A DNA stretch of 64,000 bases from the human T2T-CHM13v2.0 reference genome, Homo sapiens, in NCBI RefSeq assembly GCF_009914755.1, contig NC_060946.1; one strand, 5' to 3'. Both the position numbers and the translations under genes were made by a program. The notes under the pieces were generated by a model, which saw only the letters and a program-made list of their open reading frames with translations, ran no database searches and was not told the origin of the DNA. Shown one piece after another: positions 14,701-27,800 of the stretch (the first letter of the stretch is position 1; each line of letters opens with the position of its first letter).

Positions 14701-17700
14701 TGATGGGACTGTTATCTAGGCTCTGTGTATGGGTGCTTTGTGACATATGTCTGCACTGATCACCAAGGTGATGTAACGCTAGATTAGGCTCCGCCTACGA
14801 GGCATAGTGACAATCACCGCATTGATCACCGAGGTGATGTAACGCTTGTCCAGGCTCTGCCTATACGGCGCCTTGTGACATATCTCTGCAGTGATCATGG
14901 AGGTAATGTAACTCTTGCTTGTGCTCTGACTGCAGGGCAGAGATATTGTCAAATATTTCTGCAATGATCACCCAGGTGATGGGACTCTTCTCTAGGCTCT
15001 GCCTACTGGGGGCATTGTCACATGTTTCTGCACTGATCACCCAGGTGACGGACTCTTGTCTTGGATTTGCCTATGGGGGCATTGTGACATATCTCTGCAC
15101 TGATCACCCAGGTGATGTAACTCTGGTCCAAGATCTGCCTAGAGGGGCATTGTGACAGATCTCTGCACTGATCACTCAGGTGATGCAACACTTGTCTATG
15201 CTCTGCTCATAAGGGCCTTGCACATATCTCTGCACTGATCACCCAGGTGATGTAACTGTTGTCTAGGCTCTGCTTACAAAGGGTATTGTGACATATCTCT
15301 GCACTGATCACCTAAGTGATGTAACACTTGTGTAGGCTCTGCCTACAGGGGCATTCTAACATATCTCTGCATTGTTAACCGAGGTGATGTAACCGTTGTC
15401 TAGGCTGTGCCCACAGGGGTATTGAGACATATCTCTGCACTGATCCCGAGGTGATCCAACTCTTTCCTGGTGTCTGCCTACTGGGGATATTGTGAAATGT
15501 CTCTGCACTGATCTCCCAGGTGCTGTAACCTTAGTCTAGGCTCCAGCTACACGGCATTGTGACATATCACTGCACTGATCACCCACGTGATATAACTCTT
15601 GTCTAGGCTCTGCCTACAGGGGCTTGTGAAATATCTCTGCACTGATCACCCAGGTGATATAACTCTTCTCTAGGATCTGCCTACAGGGTGCTTTGTGACA
15701 TATCCCTGCAATGATCACCCAGGTGATATACCACTTGTCAAGGCTCTGCCTACAGGGGCTTTGCGATGTATCTCTGCACTGATAACCTAGGTCATGTAAC
15801 GCTTGTCTAGGCTCTGCCTACAGTGGCATTGGGACTTATCTCAGCAATGATCATCCAAGTGATGTATCTCTTGTCTAGGATCTGCCTAAAGGGACTTTGT
15901 GACATAACTCTGCACTGATCATCCAGGTGATGGGGCTTTTGTCTAGGCTCTGCCTAAGGGGGCATTGTGACATATTTCTGCATTGATCACCCAGGTGACA
16001 GACAATTGTCTTTGATATGCCTATGGGGGCATTGTTACATATCTCTGCACTGATCACCCAGGTGATGTAACAGTTGTATAAGCTCTGCCTACAGGGGAAT
16101 TGTGAGAGATCTCGCCACTGATCACCCAAGTGATGTAACTATTGTCTAGGCTTTGCCTACATGGGGCTTTGTGACATACCTTTGCACTGATCACCCAGGT
16201 GACGTAACTCATCTAAGTTCTGCCTACGGGAGCTTTGTGACATATTTCTGCACTGATCACTTAGGTGATGTAACACTTTAATAAGCATTGCCTACAGGGA
16301 ATTTTGACAAATCTCCGCACTGATCACCTAGGTGATGTAACTCTTGTCTACCCTCTGCCCAAAGGGGGCATTGTGAAATATCTCTGCACTGATCACCCAG
16401 GTGATTCAACTCTTGTCTAGGATCTGCCTACATGGGTTATTGTGAAATATCTCTGCACTGATGAACTAGGTGATGTTACTCTTGTCTAGGCTCTGCCTAC
16501 AGGGGCGTTTTCACATATCCCTGAAGTGATGACAAAGGTGATGTAACTCTTGCCTGGCCTTTGCCTACAGGGGACATTGTGACATATCTCTGCACTAATC
16601 ACCCAGGTGATGCAACTCTTCTCTATGCTCTGTCTACAGGGGACATTGTGACATATCTCTTAACTGATCACCCAGGTGATGCAACTCTTCTCTAAGCTCT
16701 GCCTACAGGGTGCACTGTGACGTATCTCTGCACTGATCACCCAGATGATGTAACTCTTTTCTAGTCTCTGCCTACGGAAGGCGTTGTAACATCACTCTGC
16801 ACGGATCACCCGGGTTATGTAACTCTTGTCTAGGCTCTGCCTTTGGGGGCATTGTGACTTATCTCTGCACTGATAACGCAGGAGATGTGACACTTGTCTA
16901 AGCTCTGCTGAGAGGCACATTGGGACATGTCCCTGCAGTGATTGCTGAGGTGATCTAAAAGTTGTCTAGGCTTTACCTACAGTGGGATTTATGACATATC
17001 TCTGCACTGATCACCCAGGTGATGTAACTCTTTTCTAGGCTCTGCTAACAGGGGCCTTTTCACATATCACTGCACTGATCACCGAGATGATGTAACTCTT
17101 GTATAGGTTTCGCCGACTGGGGGCATTGAGACATATCTCTGTGCTGACCACCGAGGTGATGTAACTCTTGTCTGGGATCTGCTTACAGGGGTCATTGTGA
17201 CATATCTCTTCCCTGATCACCCAGGTGATGTAACGCTTGTCTAGGCTCTGCCTCCTGGAAATATTGTGACATATCTCCGCAGTGATCACTCAGGTGATGT
17301 CACTTTTGTGAAGGATATGGCTACAGGGACATTGTGACATGTCTCTGCACTGATCACACAGCTGATGTAATTCTTGTCTAGGCTCTGGCTACAGGGGGCT
17401 TATGACACATCCCTAAACTGATCACCCAGGTAATGTAACCATAGTCTAGGCTCTGCCAAAAGGGGGCATTGTGACATAACTCTGCACTGATCACCCAGGT
17501 GATGGGACTCTTGTCTAGGCTCTGCCTACAGGGGCATTGTGACATATCTCTGCACTGATCAAGCGGGTGATGTAACTCTTGTCTATATCTGCCTACTGGC
17601 GGCATTGTGGCATATTTGTGCACTGATCACCCAGATGATGGACTCTTGTCTTGGATCTGCCTATGGGGGCATAGTGACATATCTCTGCACTGATCACTCA

Positions 17701-18850
17701 TGTGATGTAATGCTTGTCTAAGGTGCGCCTAAAGGGGAAATGGAACAGATATCTCCACTGACCACCCAGGTGAGGTAACAATTTTCTGGGATTGTCTACA
17801 GGGGGCTTTGTGACATATATTTGAACAGATCACCCAGGAGATGTGACTCTTGTCTAGGCTCGGCCTACAGGGGCTTTGTGACATATTTCTGCACTGATCA
17901 CCTAGGTGATGTAACTATTGTCTGGGCTCCAACTACAGGAGGTATTGTGACGTATCTCTGCACTGATCACACAGGTGATGTAACTCTTGTCTAGGCTCCA
18001 CCTACAGGGTGTATTGAGACGTATCGCTACACTGATCACCCAGGTGATGTAACATTTATATAGGCTCTGCCTACTGGGGCGTTTTGACATAGCTCTGCAC
18101 AGATCACATAGGTTATGTAACTCTTGTCCACTCTCTGCCTACAGGAGGCATTGTGAAATATCTCTGCACTGATCACCCAGGTGATGGGACTTTTCTCTAT
18201 ACTCTGCCTAGAGGTGGATTTGTGACATATCTCTGCACTGATCACCCAGGTGATGGAAGTCTTCCCTAGGCTCTGTCTATGGGGGCATTGTATCAAATAT
18301 CTGCACTGATCCCCCAGGTGTTGTAACTCTTGTCTAGGCTCTGTCTACAGGGATTTTTGTGACATATCACTGCACTCATCACCTAGGTGATGTAAGCCTT
18401 GTATGGGCTTTGCCTACAGAAGGCTTTGTGACATATCTATGAACTGACCTCTGAGGTGATGCAACTCTTGTCTAGGCACTGCCTACAGGGGACATTGGTA
18501 CATCTCTCTGCACTGATCACCCAGGTGATGGACTCTTGTCTTATATCTGCCTACATGGACATTGTGGCACATCTCTGAACAGATCGAGCAAGTGATGAAA
18601 CTCTTGTCTAGGCTCTGCCTATGGGGGCTTTGAGTACACATCTCTGTACTGATCACCCTGGGGAGGGAACTCTTGTCTACTCTCTGCCTACAAGAGGCTT
18701 TACGAATTATACCTGCTCTGGTAACCTAGGTGATGTAACACTTGTCTAGGCTCTGTCTACACGGGAATTCTCACATGTCTCTGCAATGATCACCCGGGTG
18801 ATGGAACTCCTGTCTAGGTTCAGCCTACAGGAGGGTTTTGACATATCTCT
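8723..18850. repeat. Beta-satellite, older diverged layer organised as ~4.7-4.9 kb super-units
   Basis: Same monomer and orientation as the left array. Rare variant monomers recur in the same order, e.g. CTATATCTGCCTACTGGCGGC at ~4030, 11703 and 17583, and GGGGAGGGAACT at ~5173, 12851 and 18660. Confidence 0.9.
12335..13985. repeat. Three tandem copies of a 548 bp (8-monomer) block
   Basis: GGGGAGGGAACTCTAGTCTACGCTC at 12851, 13399 and 13947, exactly 548 bp apart. Confidence 0.92.
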
Positions 18851-21800
18851 GCACTGATCACCCAGGTGACATAACTCTTCTCTACGATCTGCCTACAGGG
18901 TGCTTTGTGACATATCCCTGCACTGATCACCCAGGTGATCTAACACTGGTCTAAGCTCTGCCTAAAGGGGCATTGTGACAGATCTCTGCACTGATCACTC
19001 AGGTGATGTAACTATTGTCTAGGCTCTGCTTAAAGAGGCCTTGTCACATATCTCTGCACTGGTCACCCAGGTGATGTAACTCTTGTCTAGGCTCTGCTTC
19101 CAGGGCATATTGTGACATATCTATGCACTGATCACCTTAGTGATGTAACCCTTGTGTACGCTCGGCCTACAGGGGAATCTTGACCTATCTCTGCACTGTT
19201 AACCGAGGTGATTTAACTCTTGTCTAGGCTGTGCCCACAGGGGGATTGAGACATATCTCTGCACTGATCCCGAAGTGATCCAACTCTTGCCTGGTCTCTG
19301 CCTACTAGGGACATTGTGACATATCTCTGCACTGATCTCCCAGGTGCTGTAACTTTAGTCTAGGCTCTGGCTACACGGCATTGTGACATATCTCTGCACT
19401 GATCACCCACGTCATGTAACTCTTGCCTAGGCTCTGTCGACAATGGTCTTGTGACATATCTCTGCACTGATCACCCAGGTGATATAACTGTTCTCTAGCA
19501 TCTGACCACAGGGTGTTTTGTGACTTATCCCTGCAATGATCACCCAGGTGATATACCACTTGCCAAGGCTCTGCCTACAGGGGCATTGCAATGTATCTCT
19601 GCACTGATCACCTAGGTCTTGTAACTCTTTTCTAGGATCTGCCTACAGGGTGCTTTGTGACGTATCCCAGCAAGGATTACCCAGGTGCTGTACCTCTCAT
19701 CAAGGCTCTGCCTTCAGGCACATTGCGATGTATCTCTGCACTGATCACCTAGGTCATGTAACTTTTGTCTACGCTCTGCCTACGATGGCATTGTGACATA
19801 TCTCTGAACTAATCATCCAAGTGATGTAACCCTTGTCTAGGATATGCCTAAATTAACTTTGTGACATAACCCTGTACTGATCATCCAGGTGATGGGGCTT
19901 CTGTCTAGGCTCTGCCTAAGGGGGCATTGTGACATATTTCTGCATTGATCACCCAGGTGATGTAACTGTTGTGTAACCTCTGCCTACAGGGGAATTGGGA
20001 GAGATCTCGCCACTGATCACCCAAGTGATGTAACCATTTTCTAGGCTTTGCGTACAGGGTGCTTTGTGACATACCTTTGCACTGATCACCCAGGTGATGT
20101 AACACACCTAAGTTCGGCCTAAAGGAGCTTTGTGACATATCTCTGCACTGATCACTTAGGGGATGTAACACTTTTATAAGCACTGCCTACAGGGAATTTT
20201 GACGAATCTCTGCACTGATCACCTAGGTGATGTAACTCTTGTCTACCCTCTGTCCAACGGGGCATTGTGAAATATCTCTGCACTGATCACCCAGGTGATT
20301 CAACTCTTGACTAGGATCTGCCTACAGAGGTTATTGTGAAATATCTCTACACTGATAAGCTAAGTGGTGTAACCCTTGTCCAAGCTCTGCCTACAGGGGC
20401 GTTTTCACATATCCCTGAACTGATGACAAAGGTGATGTAACTTTGCCTAGGCTTTGCTTACAGGGGACATTGGACATATATCTGCACTGATCACCCAGGT
20501 GATGCAACTCTTGCCTAGGCTTTGCCTACAGGGGACATTGTGACATATCTCTTCAATGATCACCCATGTGATGCAACTCTTGCCTAGGCTTTGCCTACAG
20601 GGGACATTGTGACATATCTCTGCACTGATCTCCCAGGGGCTGTAACTTTATTCTAGGCTCTGGCTACACGGCATTGTGACATATCACTGCTCTGATCAAC
20701 CAGGTGATATAACTCTTGTCTAGGCTCTGCCTCCAGGGGGCTTGTGACACATCTCTGCACTGATCACCTAGCTGTTATAACTCTTCTCTAGGATCTGCCT
20801 ACATGGTGCTTTGTGACATATCCCTGCACTCATCACCCAGGTGATCTAACACTGGTCTAAGCTCTGCCTAAAGGGGCATTGTGACAGATCTCTGCACTGA
20901 TCACTCAGGTGATGTAACTATTGTCTAGGCTCTGCTTAAAGAGGCCTTGTCACATATCTCTGCACTGGTCAACCAGGTGATGTAACTGTTGTCTAGGCTC
21001 TGCTTCCGGGGCATATTGTGACATATCTATGCACTGATCACCTTAGTGATGTAACCCTTGTGTAGGCTCGGCCTACAGGGGAATCTTGACCTATCTCTGC
21101 ACTGTTAACCGAGGTGATTTAACTCTTGTCTAGGCTGTGCCCTCAGGGGGATTGAGACATATCTCTGCACTGATCCCTAAGTGATCCAACTATTGCCTGG
21201 TCTCTGCCTACTAGTGATATTAAGACATACGTCTGCACTGATCTCCCAGGTGCTGCAACATTAGTCTAGGCTCTGGCTACACGGCATTGTGACATATCTC
21301 TGCACTGATCACCCACGTGATGTAACTCTTGCCTAGGCTCTGCTTACAATGGTCTTGTGACATATCTCTGCACTGATCACCCAGGTGATATAACTGTTCT
21401 CTAGGATCTGACCACAGGGTGCTTTGTGACATATCCCTGCAATGATCACCCAGGAGATATAACTGTTCTCTAGGATCTGACCACAGGGTGTTTTGTGACT
21501 TATCCCTGCAATGATCACCCAGGTGATATACCACTTGCCAAGGCTCTGCCTACAGGGGCATTGCAATGTATCTCTGCACTGATCACCTAGGTCTTGTAAC
21601 TCTTTTCTAGGATCTGCCTACAGGGTGCTTTGTGACGTATCCCAGCAAGGATTACCAAGGTGCTGTACCTCTCATCAAGGCTCTGCCTGCAGGCACATTG
21701 CGATGTATCTCTGCACTGATCACCTAGGTCATGTAACTTTTGTCTACGCTCTGCCTACGATGGCATTGTGACATATCTCTGCACTAATCATCCAATGATG

Positions 21801-24800
21801 TAACTCTTGTCTAGGATCTGCCTAAATTAACTTTGTGACATAACCCTGTAGTGATCATCCAGGTGATGGGGCTTTTGTCTAGGCTCTGCCTAAGGGGGCA
21901 TTGTGACATATTTCTGCATTGATCACCCAGGTGGCGAACTCTTCTCTTGGATCTGCCTATGGGGGCATTGTGACAAATCTCTGCACTGATCACCCAGGTG
22001 ATGTAACTGTTGTGTAACCTCTGCCTACAGGGGAATTGGGAGAGATCTCGCCACTGATCACCCAAGTGATGTAACCATTGTCTAGGCTTTGCGTACAGGG
22101 TGCTTTGTGACATACCTTTGCACTGATCACCCAGGTGATGTAACACACCTAAGTTCGGCCTAAAGGAGCTTTGTGACATATCTCTGCACTGATCACTTAG
22201 GTGATGTAACACTTTTATAAGCACTGCCTACAGGGAATTTTGACGAATCTCTGCACTGATCACCTAGGTGATGTAACTCTTGTCTACCCTCTGTCCAACG
22301 GGGCATTGTGAAATATCTCTGCACTGATCACCCAGGTGATTCAACTCTTGACTAGGATCTGCCTACAGAGGTTATTGTGAAATATCTCTGCACTGATAAA
22401 CTAAGTGGTGTAACCCTTGTCCAAGCTCTGCCTACAGGGGCGTTTTCACATATCCCTGAACTGATGACAAAGGTGATGTAACTTTGCCTAGGCTTTGCCT
22501 ACAGGGGACATTGGACATATCTCTGCACTGATCACCCAGGTGATGCAACTCTTGCCTAGGTTTTGCCTACAGGGGACATTGTGACATATCTCTTCAATGA
22601 TCACCCATGTGATGCAACTCTTGCCTAGGCTTTGCCTACAGGGGACATGGTGACGTATCTCTGTACTGATCAACCAGGTGATATAACTCTTTTCTAGGCT
22701 CTGCCTCCAGGGGGCTTGTGACATATCTCTGCACTGATCACCCAGGTGATATAACTCTTCACTAGGATCTCACTACAGGGTGCTTTGTGATATATCTCTG
22801 CACTTATCACCCACGAGATATAACTCTTGCCTAGGCTCTGCCTACAATGGTCTTGTGACATATCTCTGCACTGATCACCCAGGTGATATAACTGTTCTCT
22901 AGGATCTGACCACAGGGTGCTTTGTGACATATCCCTGCAATGATCACCCAGGTGATATAACTGTTCTCTAGGATCTGACCACAGGGTGTTTTGTGACTTA
23001 TCCCTGCAATGATCACCCAGGTGATATACCACTTGCCCAGGCTCTGCCTACAGGGGCATTGCAATGTATCTCTGCACTGATCACCTAGGTCTTGTAACTA
23101 TTTTCTAGGATCTGCCTACAGGGTGCTTTGTGACGTATCTCAGCAAGGATTACCCAGGTGCTGTAACTCTCATCAAGGCTCTGCCTGCAGGCACATTACG
23201 ATGTATCTCTGCACTGATCACCTAGGTCATGTAACTTTTGTCTACGCTCTGCCTACGATGGCATTGTGACATATCTCTGCACTAATCATCCAATGATGTA
23301 ACACTTGTATAGGATCTGCCTAAATTAACTTTGTGACATAACCCTGTAGTGATCATCCAGGTGATGGGGCTTTTGTCTAGACTCTGCCTAAGGGGGCATT
23401 GTGACATATTTCTGCATTGATCCCCCAGGTGGCGAACTATTCTCTTGGATCTGCCTATGGGGGCATTGTGACAAATCTCTGCACTGATCACCCAGGTGAT
23501 GTAACTGTTGTGTATCCTCTGCCTACAGGGGAATTGTGAGAGATCTCGCCACTGATCACCCAAGTGATGTAATCATTGTCTAGGCTTTGCGTACAGGGTG
23601 CTTTGTGACATACCTTTGCACTGATCACCCAGGTGATGTAACACACCTAAGTTCGGCCTAAAGGAGCTTTGTGACATATCTCTGCACTGATCACTTATGT
23701 GATGTAACACTTTTATAAGCACTGCCTACAGGGAATTTTGACGAATCTCTGCACTGATCACCTAGGTGATGTAACTCTTGTCTACCCTCTGTCCAACGGG
23801 GCATTGTGAAATATCTCTGCAGTGATCACCCAGGTGATTCAACTCTTGACTAGGATCTGCCTACAGAGGTTATTGTGAAATATCTCTGCACTGATAAACT
23901 AAGTGTTGTAACCCTTGTCCAAGCTCTGCCTACAGGGGCGTTTTCACATATCCCTGAACTGATGACAAAGGTGATGTAACTTTGCCTAGGCTTTGCCTAC
24001 AGGGGACATTGGACATATCTCTGCACTGATCACCCAGGTGATGCAACTCTTGCCTAGGCTTTGCCTACAGGGGACATTGTGACATATCTCTTCAATGATC
24101 ACCCATGTGATGCAACTCTTGCCTAGGCTTTGCCTACAGGGGACATGGTGACATATCTCTGCACTGATCAACCAGGTGATATAACTCTTTTCTAGGCTCT
24201 GCCTCCAGGGGGCTTGTGACATATCTCTGCACTGATCACCCAGGTGATATAACTCTTCTCTAGGATCTGACTACAGGGTGCTTTGTGATATATCTCTGCA
24301 CTTATCACCCACGAGATATAACTCTTGCCTAGGCTCTGCCTAAAATGGGCTTGTGACATATCTCTGCACTGATCACCCAGGTGATATAACTGTTCTCTAG
24401 GATCTGACCACAGGGTGCTTTGTGACATATCCCTGCAATGATCACCCAGGTGATATAACTGTTCTCTAGGATCTGACCACAGGGTGTTTTGTGACTTATC
24501 CCTGCAATGATCACCCAGGTGGTATACCACCTGCCAAGGCTCTGCCTACAGGGGCATTGCAATGTATCTCTGCACTGATCACCTAGGTCTTGTAACTCTT
24601 TTCTAGGATCTGCCTACAGGGTGCTTTGTGACGTATCCCAGCAAGGATTACCCAGGTGCTGTACCTCTCATCAAGGCTCTGACTGCAGGCACATTGCGAT
24701 GTATCTCTGCACTGATCACCTAGGTCATGTAACTTTTGTCTAGGCTCTGCCTACGATGGCATTGTGACATATCTCTGCACTAATCATCCAAGTGTTGTAA

Positions 24801-27800
24801 CTCTTGTCTAGGATCTGCTTAAATTAACTTTGTGACATAACCCTGTAGTGATCATCCAGGTGATGGGGCTTTTGTCTAGGCTCTGCCTAAGGGGGCATTG
24901 TGACATATTTCTGCATTGATCACCCAGGTGGCGAACTCTTCTCTTGGATCTGCCTATGGGGGCATTGTGACAAATCTCTGCACTGATCACCCAGGTGATG
25001 TAACGGTTGTGTAACCTCTGCCTACAGGGGAATTGTGAGAGATCTCGCCACTGATCACCCAAGTGATGTAACCATTGTCTAGGCTTTGCGTACAGGGTGC
25101 TTTGTGACATACCTTTGCACTGATCACCCAGGTGATGTAACATATCTACGTTCGGCCTAAAGGAGCTTTGTGACATATCTCTGCACTGATCACTTAGGTG
25201 ATGCAACTCTTGCCTAGACTTTGCCTACAGGGGACATTGTGACATAATTCTTCAATGATCACCCATGTGATGCAACTCTTGCCTAGGCTTTGCCTACAGG
25301 GGAAATTGTGACATATCTCTGCACTTATCTCCCAGGGGCTGTAACTTTAGTCTAGGCTCTGGCTACACGGCATTGTGACATATCACTGCACTGATCAACC
25401 AGGTGATATAACTCTTGTCTAGGCTCTACCTCCAGGGGGCTTGTGACATATCTCTGCACTGATCACCCAGGTGATATAACTCTTCTCTAGGATCTGCCTA
25501 CAGGGTGCTTTGTGACATATCCCTGCACTGATCACCCAGGTAATCTAACACTGTTCTAAGCTCTGCCTAAAGGGGCATTGTGACAGATCTCTGCACTGAT
25601 CACTCTGGTGATGTAACTGTTGTCTAGGCTCTGCTTAAAGAGGCCTTGTCACATATCTCTGCACTGGTCACCCAGGTGATGTAACTCTTGTCTAGGCTCT
25701 GCTTCCAGGGCATATTGTGACATATCTATGCACTGATCACCTTACTGATGGAACCCTTGTGTAGGCTCGGCCTACAGGGGAATCTTGACCTATCTCTGCA
25801 CTGTTCACCGAGGTGAATTAACTCTTGTCTAGGCTGTGCCCACAGGGGGATTGAGATATATCTCTGCACTGATACCGAAGTGATCCAACTTTTGCCTGGT
25901 CTCTGCCTACTAGGGACATTGTGACATATCTCTGCACTGATCTCCCAGGTGCTGTAACTTTAGTCTCGGCTCTGGCTACACGGCATTGTGACATATCTCT
26001 GCACTGATCACCCACGTGATGTAACACTTGCCTAGGCTCTGCCTACAATGGTCTTGTGACATATCTCTGCACTGATCACCCAGGTGATATAACTGTTCTC
26101 TAGGATCTGACCACAGGCTGCTTTGTGACATATCCCTGCAATGATCACCCAGGTGATGTAACTGTTCTCTAGGATCTGACCACAGGGTGTTTTGTGACTT
26201 ATCCCTGCAATGATCACCCAGGTGATATACCACTTGCCAAGGCTCTGCCTACAGGGGCATTGCAATGTATCTCTGCACTGATCACCTAGGTCTTGTAACT
26301 CTTTTCTAGGATCTGCCTACAGGGTGCTTTGTGACGTATCCCAGCAAGGATTACCCAGGTGCTGTACCTCTCATCAAGGCTCTGCCTGCAGGCACATTGC
26401 GATGTATCTCTGCACTGATCACCTAGGTCATGTAACATTTGTCTACGATCTGCCTACGATGGCATTGTGACATATCTCTTCACTAATCATCCAAGTGATG
26501 TAACTCTTGTCTAGGATCTGCCTAAATTAATTTTGTGACATAACCCTGTAGTGATCATCCAGGTGATGTGTCTTTTGTCTAGGCTCTGCCTAAAGGGGCA
26601 TTGTGACATATTTCTGCATTGATCTCCCAGGTGGCGAACTCTTCTCTTGGATCTGCCTATGGGGGCATTGTGACAAATCTCTGCACTGATCACCCAGGTG
26701 ATGTAACAGTTGTGTAACCTCTGCCTACAGGGGAATTGTGAGAGATCTCGCCACTGATCACCCAAGTGATGTAGCCATTGTCTAGGCTTTGCGTACAGGG
26801 TGCTTTGTGACATACCTTTGCACTGATCTCCCAGGTGATGTAACACATCTAAGTTCGGCCTAAAGGAGCTTTGTGACATATCTCTGCACTGATCACTTAG
26901 GTGATGTAACACTTTTATAAGCACTGCCTACAGGGAATTTTGACGAATCTCTGCACTGATCACCTAGGTGATGTAACTCTTGTCTACCCTCTGTCCAACG
27001 GGGCATTGTAAAATATCTCTGCACTGATCACCCAGGTGATTCAACTCTTGACTAGGATCTGCCTACAGAGGTTATTGTGAAATATCTCTGCACTGATAAA
27101 CTAAGTGGTGTAACCCTTGTCCAAGCTCTGCCTACAGGGGCGTTTTCACATATCCCTGAAGTGATGACAAAGGTGATGTAACTTTGCCTAGGCTTTGCCT
27201 ACAGGGGACATTGGACATATATCTGCACTGATCACCCAGGTGATGCAACTCTTGCCCAGGCTTTGCCTACAGGGGACATTGTGACATATCTCTTCAATGA
27301 TCACCCATGTGATGCAACTCTTGCCTAGGCTTTGCCCACAGGGGACATTGTGACATATTTCTGCACTGATCTCCCAGGGGCTGTAACTTTAGTCTAGGCT
27401 CTGGCTACACGGCATTGTGACATATCACTGCACTGATCAACCAGGTGATATAACTCTTGTCTAGGCTCTGCCTCCAGGGGGCTTGTGACATATCTCTGCA
27501 CTGATCACCCAGGTGATATAACTCTGTTTTAAGCTCTGCCTAAAGGGGCATTGTGACAGATCTCTGCACTGATCACTCAGGTGATGTAACTATTGTCTAG
27601 GCTCTGCTTAAAGGGGCCTTCTCACATATCTCTGCACTGATCACCCAGGTGATATAACTCTTCTCTAGGATCTGCCCACAGGGTGCTTTGTGACATATCC
27701 CTGCACTGATCACCCAGGTGATCTAACACTGGTCTAAGCTCTGCCTAAAGGGGCATTGTGACAGATCTCTGCACTGATCACTCAGGTGATGTAACTGTTG

